64,000 nt of DNA from Marsupella aquatica (Eukaryota; Plantae; Marchantiophyta), in NCBI GenBank assembly GCA_973895155.1, contig OZ316893.1, forward strand, positions 21,002,955 to 21,066,954, written 5' to 3'. Within the stretch, counting starts at the first letter, position 1. Every line of letters begins with the position of its first letter. Below, in pieces: positions 54,340 through 64,000 of the stretch. The notes beneath the pieces were generated by a model. The model was not told the origin of the DNA, made no database searches, and worked only from the letters and a program-made list of their open reading frames with translations. The translations under genes and the position numbers were made by a program.

Positions 54340-55387
54340 TCAGACTCGTCCATGCCATGCAAGAATTGTCCGCTTCCCGCTTTCTCCAAGATTTATCCAA
54401 ACTCTATGAAACTGATCTAACTGCTCATACGAAAAGCACCCAAGCATATCTATGGGAGGGAGGAAATGAGTTTCCTCTTGGAAGACCCTAGCAATATGTA
54501 TGTTTGAGAGAAGGTCGGCATTAGGAATGCTTGCGAGCATTTTGTTTATGTCATTGATCTCACGGACTGCATATTTCAATAGCGCCCAAAATTGTGTACC
54601 AACAACAAGATGGTTCCATTTCTTTGAGGTGGCTCCAAGACAAATGATTGTTCTCATTCGAGTCAGTCGTTCTTCTGGTAGAAGTTTTAGGTCAAGGCCA
54701 AGGTGTTCATCTTGTGTGCAAGACAAGGCTAGGAGGGGCCAAATGTGAGATTCAACAAACTTCCGCATTCCACACCGGGCACTTTTCCTCGAATATATTT
54801 CCTATGCTCGTGGGCTAAAACGGATCCCATCTTTGCAACGATTAGATTCTCTAATGCAGCCATGAAGCAGAGCTACCAAAACCACCAATAAAAATACCTT
54901 CAATCACCAGGTGTAACCGAACACATCCACAGTACCAACCCTGCACGACAATTTAACGATTAGGACTCGTGACATATTATATTCGCTGCGCAAGGGTAGG
55001 ACTTGTTTATTTAAATATGTCCTTACAAGACGCGCCTCAATGAAAAGGTCGAAACACTCATCGTGAAAGGTTCACCCAAGGGTCTTCGTTCCAAATCTTA
55101 CAACAGAAGTGAGCTTGTTTGTGGTACTTGTTGTCAAGACGACGACAACAATAGTTACAAGAAAACTCCAAAGAATATAAACATGCCATTAACATCAACC
55201 TCGAACGAATTGGAACTCCTGCATCATTCATTCCGCAGAATTCAATGCGGAGAGGATTCTGCCTATCTCCAGGATCAGTACCACCCATCCACAATGCTCC
55301 TATACCGATGGGGAGAACTTTGAGTCGCACGAGTCTCTTGTACAACCGGCGTGCACGTTTGACACGATTTTCAAGGAAGACAGCCAT
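54340..55387 (-). pseudogene. Cargo gene(s) of the TIR element: CxxC...HxxC zinc-finger-like part and F-box-like part, disrupted
   Basis: ORF 55387-55058 (CNYCCRRL...WNEDPWVN) continues after a 1-nt shift as FHDECFDLF. ORF 54768-54340 contains FVESHIWPLL...CLGATSKKWNHLVVGTQFWALL, which is F-box-like by eye. Confidence 0.45.
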
Positions 55388-55980
55388 TTGTCACAATACC
55401 TATTGTCCACGGAGTGCAATCGACCTTCCGTTGTGCCTCCTAAACCCGGCAACAGTGCGACATCAGAGATGAAGATGAGTCTCCAAACAAAACAAAGGAA
55501 AATTATTCTCACAGGAGGATGCGATAAGTTTATCGCACTCCGCATTCGAATTGAAAATATGACTTCCTCAGACACCTAACCCCTGAATTCAATCTTTCAC
55601 AAAAATGACAACTCCGATAAATTTATCGGATTCTCAATTACTCCTCTTTCCATGAAAGGAATGAAGACTCCGATAAATTTATCGGAATGAAGGCAACACC
55701 TCTCTAAACACTGGATCAAATGATTGCAACGGAGGAATGCAGAATGCGATAAATTTATCGCAGTCCGCTCGGATCTGGACATTTTACACTAAATGACTAG
55801 TTAGTCTTACATGGAGAACTTGAACAGGAATGGTTGTTTTGATAAATTTATCGAGTTTTTGGTAGAAAGAGTCGAATCGCTTGGGAGGAATGTAAGACTC
55901 GATGGGAGTTTGGTATTCGCTCTCAATCAGGAGATATTTGCTCTGGCGAAAGCAAACGTTTTATGGGCAGCCCGCTCCTC

Positions 55981-56033
55981 TTTATATAGGAGACGCTCTA
56001 AACCATGGTTAATTTCCCCTTAACCATGGTTAA
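55981..56033 (-). promoter_or_regulatory. Candidate promoter of the cargo cassette: TATA box plus two AACCATGGTT palindromes
   Basis: TATATAAAG on the minus strand at 55980-55988. AACCATGGTT at 56001 and TTAACCATGGTTAA at 56020 lie just upstream. Confidence 0.5.
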
Positions 56034-56555
56034 GTTTCCCCTTTACCTGGGTTAGTGCGTGGTCATTCCTGGATTACGCGGTTCGGACCAAGTTACTCGC
56101 AGTTTGGACTTTTTCACTGACGGAATGTAAAACCCAATGCACGTATCGCTCCCTGCATTCCCGCGGTGATGCAATGGAGGAAAGTGGCGTTTCAGAGAGT
56201 TTTTGCCAGTTTTATCGGTCATTGCATTGCCTTAGAAAAAAAACGGGATCGGGCTAAACGAGAACTCCGACACACTTCTCGGTCGGTCTGAAATCGTGTT
56301 TTGAAGAGTTGGTCTTTATCTCTTCAACTTCTATGTGGTGTGAGAACACACAAGAAAGTTCTCAAGAGAGAACACAGTGATATAGCAAGAGATGAGAGCT
56401 TGAAGAGATGGGAGCTATGGTGATGCTTGAGTAGACACATAACCGTTAATAAAGCTTGGTCTTCCCGTGGACGTAGCCAACCTTGAGGCGAACCACGTAA
56501 CTATGAGCACGTGTATGTTTGGAGTGTTTTTCCTAATCTAATTTCTCCCCACAAT

Positions 56556-56567
56556 TGGTATCAGAGC
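56556..56567 (+). other. Primer-binding site (tRNA-iMet)
   Basis: TGGTATCAGAGC, 2 nt after the end of the 5' LTR. Confidence 0.95.
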
Positions 56568-57724
56568 TCAGATTTTTTCAGTCGATTAGGAACTCCATAG
56601 AACTTGCTTCAAGCAAAGCGAACAGCGGATGATTTCCTCTTCGAAGCGGAGCTATTGAAAGAATATCAGACTCAATCTTCTCACAAGTGTGGAGCACACA
56701 ACGAGGGGCTCATTTCAATGAAGCAATGAAGGCCTGAGGTCAGAAATGGAAACAATTGAAAGTGACGGTTTTCAATTTACGTTATCGGGCAAGAGATAAG
56801 GTCAATTTCTCAGATCAGTCTTTTTGATTGTTCTATCAGGACTTGAAACTGAGCTACGCTTGAGCGCCTTGTCTTTCTAGACATTTCGATATCAACATCG
56901 TTGAATTTTGTCAAACGGTTGAGAAGCAATCTTAATTTCAATTCTCATTTTTTGAGCTCAAAATTTTGGCTATGGCAGATAACTTAATATCAGTCACTTT
57001 CACCGAATTGTTTCTCCCTCATTACTCCACCGTTTTGCGAGTTCTTTATATCAATCTTGATGCCCTCGAAGTCTAGTTTCTGAATCTGAAATCAGAATTA
57101 GATTTCGTCAAAAACTGAGACGGGAATTTGAGTGAATCCTCCGAGGGGTACTTTCTGCCGCGAGTAGTTGCGACTTCCGCGGACGCGCGAGGAGGTCGAA
57201 AACTTCGAGGAGGCCTTTTAGGGCTCGACAAGGCTCGGGCAGGGGGAAGTGCCCCCTGTGAAGTACCCCACAGGGGCTGTACAAGGGCGGACGGAATTTC
57301 CCGAAAAGATTATTTTTCCAAAGGCTTAAATTTTAACCGAAGGTCAAAAATTCCGAGCGACAAATAAAATCGGATCAACTTCAACTTTTGGAGAGGCATA
57401 CTTGAGAAAGCTAGGCAAATATTGGTGAGTTCGATTCTGAAAAAGTATACTAGTATAATCTTTGGCATAAGAGATTCCCTCGAGGGGTAATTATTTCATC
57501 TTTTACCCCCCTCCGGTCGGAGTAAAAATTCTCGGCACTCAAGAGTCCATTTGACAAACCGTTTTCAGAATTTGGAGCGTTACCTTGTGGGCTACACATA
57601 GGAGTGATCAGTTTCAAAATTCACCAACTTTCATTTTTGGCCTTATTTTCACACCCCACATCTGAGCATTCGACATTTAATTCTTGTCGGAAGATGACTC
57701 CACACTACATTTGGCATTCCAGCA

Positions 57725-60700
57725 ATGGCAACTACTAGGATTGGAGGTCAAAGGTTTGAGGTGGAACAATTTGATGGTCGGATGGACTATACAATGTGGG
57801 AACGTAACGTGAGGGATGCGATTAGGGCGATGGGCCTAGGCAAGGTACTAAGATCTCAACCCAAGGAGATGGAAGATGATGATTGGCATGATCTCCAGGA
57901 TCAAGCGGTAAGTATTGTTGGCATGTACCTGAAAAACAATGTGAAGAAGCAGTTCGAGGAAAAAGCAACACAAACGGTGACGGACTTGTTTCAAGCATTG
58001 CGCAACAAGTACTACAAGAAGGAGATGTCAAACCAAATGTATGCAAGCCTGAAGCTCATGCAATTCAAAATGGCTGATGGAGTCAAGATTCAAGATCATA
58101 TCGATCAGTTCAATGATCTTGTGGTTGACCTAGAGAATTTGGGGGAGTATTTGAGTGAAGAAAAGAAAGCCTTACAACTCTTGAGCTCACTACCACCTTC
58201 GTACCAATCTTTGTCTCGAGTTCTTCTATTCCGTGATAAGACAATTATATCCTACAATGATGTGGTGAGTGCCCTGTTGACCGATGACATGCAGTCTAAA
58301 CTGGTTTCTTCAGCTCATCCTACCTCAACCTCATCATCAACAGCACTGTTGGTAGAAAGAGGCAAATCAAGGGAGCCATCTCATGAAAACAAAAGGTTTA
58401 ACCCACCTCCCATGGAACGAGGAAGGTTCCAGGAGCGATCATTTGGTAGGAGGAGGTTTAGATCTAGATCTAGATCTAGATTTCGATCCAAATCACCATC
58501 CAAGTCTACTCGTGAGATAGAGTGTTGGAAGTGTGACAAAGTGGGCCACATGAAGAAGGATTGTCGCGTCAAAGACACATTCAAGGAAGTTATCGGTTCT
58601 TCAGCCCAAGTAGTTGTTCGAGAAGAGGATAGTGAAGGATTTGCATTGTGTATCACTTCCCAAGTTGAGGATTATCAATGGATCTTGGATTCCGCTTGCT
58701 CGTATCACATGTGTTATATGCGTGAACTTTTCTCATCCTACACTCCTATCAACGGATCTGTTTTGATAGGAAATAATCATTCTTGCAAAGTTTTAGGGAT
58801 TGGATCCGTAAAGATTCAACTACCCGGTGGCAAGTATTGTACTTTATCAAATGTTAGACACATTCCAGAAATGTATAAGAATTTGATTTCTCTTGGCTAC
58901 TTGGATGCGAAGAGTTATCAATGGAGTGCAACTGATGGGGTATTAACAGTCACGCATGGATCAACTGAAGTTCTTATTGGCAAGAGGAAAAGAAACATCT
59001 ATGTCTTGGAAGGCACCACCCTTCTTGCCGAAGTCAATTTGGTCACATCTCAGGAGGAGAAAATCAATTTATGGCATGCTCGGCTTGGTCACATGAGTGA
59101 AAAAAGTTTGGAAATCCTACACAAGCGACATCTCCTACCAGGATTGCAAGCATGCAAGTTGAGTTTTTGTGATCATTGCATTGTCGGCAAGAAAACAAGA
59201 ACTCCATTTCTGACTGTCATTCATCATTCTAAAGTTGTACTTGAGTATATTCATTCCGATGTGTGGGGTCCTACTCCGGTTTCCTCACATTTAGGCAAAC
59301 AATACTATGTATCATTTATCGATGATTACTCAAGGTTTGTTTGGATTTATTTCATTGCCCATAAGTTTGAAGTGCTTTCCATTTTCAAACAATGGGTAGC
59401 TCAAGTTGAGACACAGACTACAAAGAATGTGAGATATCTACGATCAAATAATGGTGGTGAATACACCTCTGGCGAGTTCAACACGTATTGTGCAAATAAG
59501 GGAATTACTCACCATGTCACAACTGTGTACACTCTTGAGCAAAATGGTGTTGTTGAGTGACTCAACCGCACATTGTTGGAGTGAACAAGGAGCATGTTGA
59601 GCCACTCTAAATTGCCACAAATCTTTTGGGCGGAAGCTGTCAACATAGCTGCTTATCTAGTAAATGTCTCTCCTAGTCGAGCAATTACTTACAAAACCCC
59701 CTTTGAGCTATGGCACAATCGACCTGCTGATTATTCAAAGCTTAGGGTTTTTGGCTCCGAAGCATATGCACATGTTCCTAGCAACAATAGGACTAAGCTA
59801 GATCCTAGAGCCCATAAATGCATTTTTCTTGGTTATCAGCGTGATGTTAAAGGATATCGATTGTGGGATCCAGTTGATTGCAAGTTACTTGTTAGTCGGG
59901 ATGTATCCTTCAATGAAGACAAATCATTGAAGGAGGGGGAGATAGGTCAATTCCCTACTACTAACAATGAGCAATCTCCTCCTCTAAGGGATTTAAGGAG
60001 AGAGGATGTGTCAAATGAAGAATATGTTGACACTACTATAAGGCAAAGCGCACTACAATCAGATCAGCCAGAGTCTTCAGTGCGAAGAGGAACTCGTAAA
60101 TGTCAAGCTCGGGAAAGGTTATGGAACTTGGCTTCCTTCTGATCATGTGGATTTGGATGAAGAATCTATTGATGCATTGGTGACAGAAGATGGAGATCCA
60201 TCCTCATTTCGAGAGGTCCTAGCTTCTATGGAGAAGCAACAGTGGCAGGCGGCGATGCGCATGGAAATGAAATCACTTCATGATAACAAGACTTGGGAAC
60301 TCACAAGTCTACCTAGTGACAAGCAGGCTGTTGATAGCAAGTGGGTGTATAGGAAGAAAGATGGACCCATGGAGGATGCTGAGAAGATATTTAAGGCTCG
60401 GCTGGTAGCCAAGGGTTTTACTCAACAGAAAGGTATAGACTACAATGAGGTTTTTTCACCCGTAGCAAAGTATTCAACAATACGTTTGCTATGTGCTCTT
60501 GTAGTTTTATTTGATCTGGTTTTAGATCAAATGGATGTTGTCAGGGCATTCTTGTATGGATCGTTGGATGAGGTGATTTACATGAGGCAACCAGAGGGTT
60601 TTGTGCAAAAGGGCAAGGAAAATTTGGTATGCAGGTTGCTAAAATTCTTGTATGGATTAAAGCAGAGCCCAAGGCAGTGGAACAAGCGTTTTGATGAATT

Positions 60701-61765
60701 TTTGAAATCACTTGGATTTGTGCGAAGTGTGTATGATCCATGTGTTTACATCAGGCGTGTGAACAACACAGGTTTTAAGCTTGTCATCCTTGTACTTTAT
60801 GTGGATGACATGCTCATTGCAGCACAGGATAGGGGCGAAGTTGATAAGCTTAAGGCCCAACTCAGTTCTGAGTTTAAGATGAAGGATTTGGGCACAGCCA
60901 AGAGGATCCTAGGCATGGAGATTGTCAGGGATGTTAACAAAGTCAAACTTTGGCTGACGCAGAAAAGATATGCAGAGAAGGTACTCTCAAAATTCAACAT
61001 GGAAGATGCTAAGGCTGTGAGTGTTCCTTTGGCAAGGCATTTCAATATTTCTGTAGCATTTTGTCCGTCGGATGCGAAAGAAAAAAGTTTGATGTCCAAC
61101 GTTCCTTATGAAGTGCTGTGGGTAGTTTAATGTATCTCATGGTATGCACCCGACCAGACATAGCTTATGCCGTTAGCAAGGTATGCAGATACATGGCAAA
61201 TCCAGGAAAAGTTCATTGGGAAGCAGTGAAATGGATTTTGCGCTACATCAGAGGTTCCACTAAGAAGGGTTTATTGTTTGATGCAAGTTCAAACAATATG
61301 AAAGTGCTTCAAGGTTATGTGGATGCAGACTACGCAGGTGATCCGAATAAAAGGAGATCGACAACTAGATATGTATTTACACTTGCTGGTGGATGCATTA
61401 GTTGGAAGTCTACTCTCCAAAAGTGTGTTGCAAAGTCTACTATGGATGCCGAGTATGTAGCAGCAGCAGAAGCAGCATCAGAGACCATTTGGTTGAAAAA
61501 GCTTGTCACGGAGATGGGTTTATCACAGGAGTGTGTATATCTTCATTGTGACAGTCAAAGTACAATTTACACTGCCAAGAATCAGGTGATGGATGGCAGG
61601 GTAAAGCACATTGATGTCCGCCATCATTTCATCTGTCAGGCATTATCGGATGATGAATTTGAGCTTGTCAAGATTGATGGAAAGCTTAATCCAACGGATG
61701 CTTTTACCAAAGTATTAGACTCCAATAGTTTTTCAAGGCATTGTAATTATTTACAAATATTGTAA
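57725..61765 (+). pseudogene. Copia gag-pol polyprotein (Tnt1-like), disrupted by 2 stops and 2 frameshifts
   Basis: Zn knuckle CWKCDKVGHMKKDC, protease WILDSACSYHM, GAG-pre-integrase WHARLGHMSEK, integrase IHSDVWGP/FIDDYSR/LRSNNGGEY, RT KARLVAKGFTQ/YGLKQSPRQW/LYVDDML, RNase H GYVDADYAGD/CDSQS/KHIDVR. Stops at 59558 and 59582; frameshifts near 60140 and 61120. Confidence 0.97.
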
Positions 61766-61948
61766 ATATAGAGTTAACCAAGAAAATGTCTCTATATGAG
61801 TACTCCATCTGATGGCTTATCGGCTACGGCTTAGTTCTAGTTAACCCTTGCATTAGGGGGAGGGTCTTTTGGCCCTACTGTCTTGAACTTCCCGCGGAGG
61901 AACTTGTAAGGAAAAGACAATGTTATGAACCCTCCCAAGACGTGAGTC

Positions 61949-61957
61949 AAGGGGGAG
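61949..61957 (+). other. Polypurine tract
   Basis: AAGGGGGAG just before the 3' LTR. Confidence 0.85.
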
Positions 61958-61959
61958 TT

Positions 61960-62279
61960 TGTAGAGGTTAACTCAGTCTTGGGTTGAACTATGGTTAGTA
62001 TGTTAACTAGGGTTAGAGTAAACCCTAGTTGAAGAGTTGGTCCTTATCTCTACTTCTATGTGGTGTGAGAACACACAAGAGAGTTCTCAAGAGAGAACAC
62101 AGTGATATAGCAAGAGATGAGAGCTTGAAGAGATGGGAGCTATGGTGATGCTTGAGTAGACACATAACCGTTAATAAAGCTTGGTCTTCCCGTGGACGTA
62201 GCCAACCTTGAGGCGAACCACGTAACTATTGAGCACGTGTATGTTTGGAGTGTTTTTCTTGATCTGATTTCTCCCCACA
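61960..62279 (+). repeat. 3' LTR (320 bp)
   Basis: TGTAGAGG...CCCCACA, contains AATAAA, followed by the TSD GTTCG. Confidence 0.97.
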
Positions 62280-63498
62280 GTTCGCACCTCCTCCTTGCCC
62301 CTTCAGCATAGGGCCTTGGGCCCAGTAATGAAGTGCCCCCAAAGGAAGGGAGCATTTAAAGCTCTCCCCCCCTCCCAATGCCTCGCCTCCCCTCCTGGCT
62401 TGCGCATAGGGCTTTGGGCCCTCGCCCTTGCTCGCCCAGTAATCAAGTGCCCCCAAAGGGAGGGAGCATTTAAAGTTCTCCCCCCTCCCGCGCGATGCCT
62501 CACCTCCCCTCCCCTCCTGGCTCGTGCATAGGGCTTTGGGCCCTCCTTGCCCCTGCTCACACCTGAATGCCCCCTCGCCCTTCTTTGTCTCGGGCTCCCA
62601 TGTGTCTTTGTTGGGTTCGTGACTGGCCCGAGGCCCTATGCTGAAGGGGCACTTGATTACTGGGCCCCAGGCCCTCCCATCCGATTCTCGCTCCGCCGAC
62701 GACAAAGACTGGCGATGACGGGGCGAGGCAATTCAAGAGCCCTGGCAAGTGAATCAGACGGACACAAAAAAATATGATGTGTGTATCTAACGGTCAGTAT
62801 TGATTCCCGCCAAAATTGAAATTTGTAACGGGACGAAGGACAAAATTGGCGGATGGCCTATTATAGTGTTAGATAGGTCTGACAAGAAAATCTAAGTAGA
62901 CCCCACATGATTGCCCCATTCAAGTAAAGTAAAAGTATAGACAAAGTACAATACAAATTAAGTTGTGAGTTCAAAAGGGATGATTTATAGGAAAGTGAAA
63001 AAAATTAAGTCTACTAGCCAGGAGTAGATAAGAAAAACTGTTTTTTTCTAATCTCTATAAAGTACTTTTTCCAAGTTACATTAACATTCAATCCTATATT
63101 CTTTATTGCAATAACCTTATTGACCAAAGACTCAATGGCCCCAACAACGAAATGGCCAGAGTGATAAATGATTGTAACAATGAAATGGTTGTACATAATG
63201 ACAAATATCATTACAATGGGGCAATGGAAGTTCATTATGTAATGCAATGCAAGTTAGGGCAATGGGTTTGTATATATGTCATATTTCAAATCACATTATA
63301 AAAAACTATCCCATCTCAAAGAGTTAGTGCAATCTACAAAAGTGGAAAAGGAAGGAACAAACCCTGGAACAAACCAATACCATCAGATATATTTCAATGA
63401 TTTTGACACCCTTGGATTGAGTGAACGGGATCACCTATGAAAGTGAATACCATAATTGGATATTTTTCTTCTAAAGTAGGTATTTACAAAATACATGT

Positions 63499-63674
63499 GC
63501 TGGATAAGTACTTTCCTTGGAATTGATTTTTTTTATAAAAAGTTTTAACCCGCGAAGAACCCCACGGGCAGGGCAAACAAGCCTCACGGCAAAACAAGAC
63601 AACCCCCTCTTGTGGGGGAATCACAAGGGGCACAACAGAAGCCATCTCCAAGAGAAAGCTGGATAAGTACTTTC
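63499..63674 (-). mobile_element. Short 5'-truncated non-LTR (LINE/SINE-type) insertion with 17-bp TSD
   Basis: GCTGGATAAGTACTTTC at 63499-63515 and 63658-63674, with a T-run (minus-strand poly-A) near the left copy. Confidence 0.6.
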
Positions 63675-64000
63675 AAGAATGACATGTGCATTACATTGGT
63701 ATCAGATTTGTTTTTGTTTTTTTGGTAAGGAGAAGAGAAATTTTCATTTTTCTAAGAGATCTTTCATCTTTTGCTCCATGTTGTTTCTTCTTCTCTTTCT
63801 TAATCATGTTGGAAGGGGGAGGGAGGGTGCCAAAGAGCCAGGATGGGAGACTACAAGGAGAGATAGGAAGGGCACAGAAGAGGAGATTGAAGAAAATAAG
63901 GAAAAAACATGAACTCCTCTCCCTCCATATAGCTGAGGGCGACCACACTTGACCCCGTAACACCCCAGCCGCCGCCCGGTCTTGCTTTCCCTCCCATGCT

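Larger units (their letters stand above)
53279..56300. mobile_element. Non-autonomous TIR DNA element (3022 bp) inserted in the 5' LTR
   Basis: 25-bp TIRs: AACACGATTTCGGACCGAACGAGAA versus reverse-complement AACACGATTTCAGACCGACCGAGAA (23/25 identical). TTGA is duplicated (53275-53278 and 56301-56304). The empty site CTAGTTGAAGAG is present in the 3' LTR. Confidence 0.92.
53206..56553 (+). repeat. 5' LTR, split by an insertion (53206-53278 plus 56301-56553)
   Basis: Both pieces align collinearly to the 3' LTR, with about 6 substitutions and 2 small indels counted by eye. Confidence 0.95.
53206..62279 (+). mobile_element. Full-length Ty1/copia LTR retrotransposon (defective)
   Basis: TG...CA LTRs, 5-bp TSD GTTCG (53201-53205 and 62280-62284), PBS, PPT, and gag-PR-INT-RT-RH domain order. 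Confidence 0.97.
52498..62873 (-). mobile_element. Non-autonomous Helitron-like element (~1.3 kb of its own sequence) hosting the copia insertion
   Basis: The minus strand starts A|TCTAACACTATAATAGG at 62873 and ends TTCGTGCAACGAACAGGCATGGGGCTAG|T at 52498 (hairpin-like sequence plus CTAG, A|T target, no TSD). C-rich GCATAGGGC.T.GG.CCCTC subrepeats continue on both sides of the copia. Confidence 0.6.

Noticed and set aside
63716-63725. TTGGTATCAG resembling a second primer-binding site
   Set aside because: The match is too short, and there is no adjacent LTR or gag sequence.

Overview
Eukaryotic, land-plant-like nuclear DNA (gene style suggests a bryophyte; this is inference only). No prokaryotic operons, rRNA, intact tRNA or CRISPR arrays were seen. 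Host genes: a spliced EUL/ricin-B lectin (5719-6782, with a candidate extra poly-His exon ending at 7067), a DUF1644 zinc-finger protein (14157-15548, -), an intronless SCD2-like coiled-coil gene (39454-41007) and an intronless adenosine kinase (44871-45896). There are also decayed F-box and TFIIA large-subunit pseudogenes. The last 11.5 kb is a three-level transposon nest. A Helitron-like element (52498-62873, -) contains a full-length Ty1/copia retrotransposon (53206-62279, GTTCG target-site duplication, iMet PBS). The copia 5' LTR is interrupted by a 3.0-kb element with terminal inverted repeats (53279-56300, TTGA duplication). That element has no recognisable transposase; it carries about 10 copies of the palindrome (C)GATAAATTTATCG around a TATA-preceded Zn-finger/F-box-like cassette, and it is the most unusual object in the window. 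The rest is tandem repeats, microsatellites, SINE-like pieces and degraded TE sequence.
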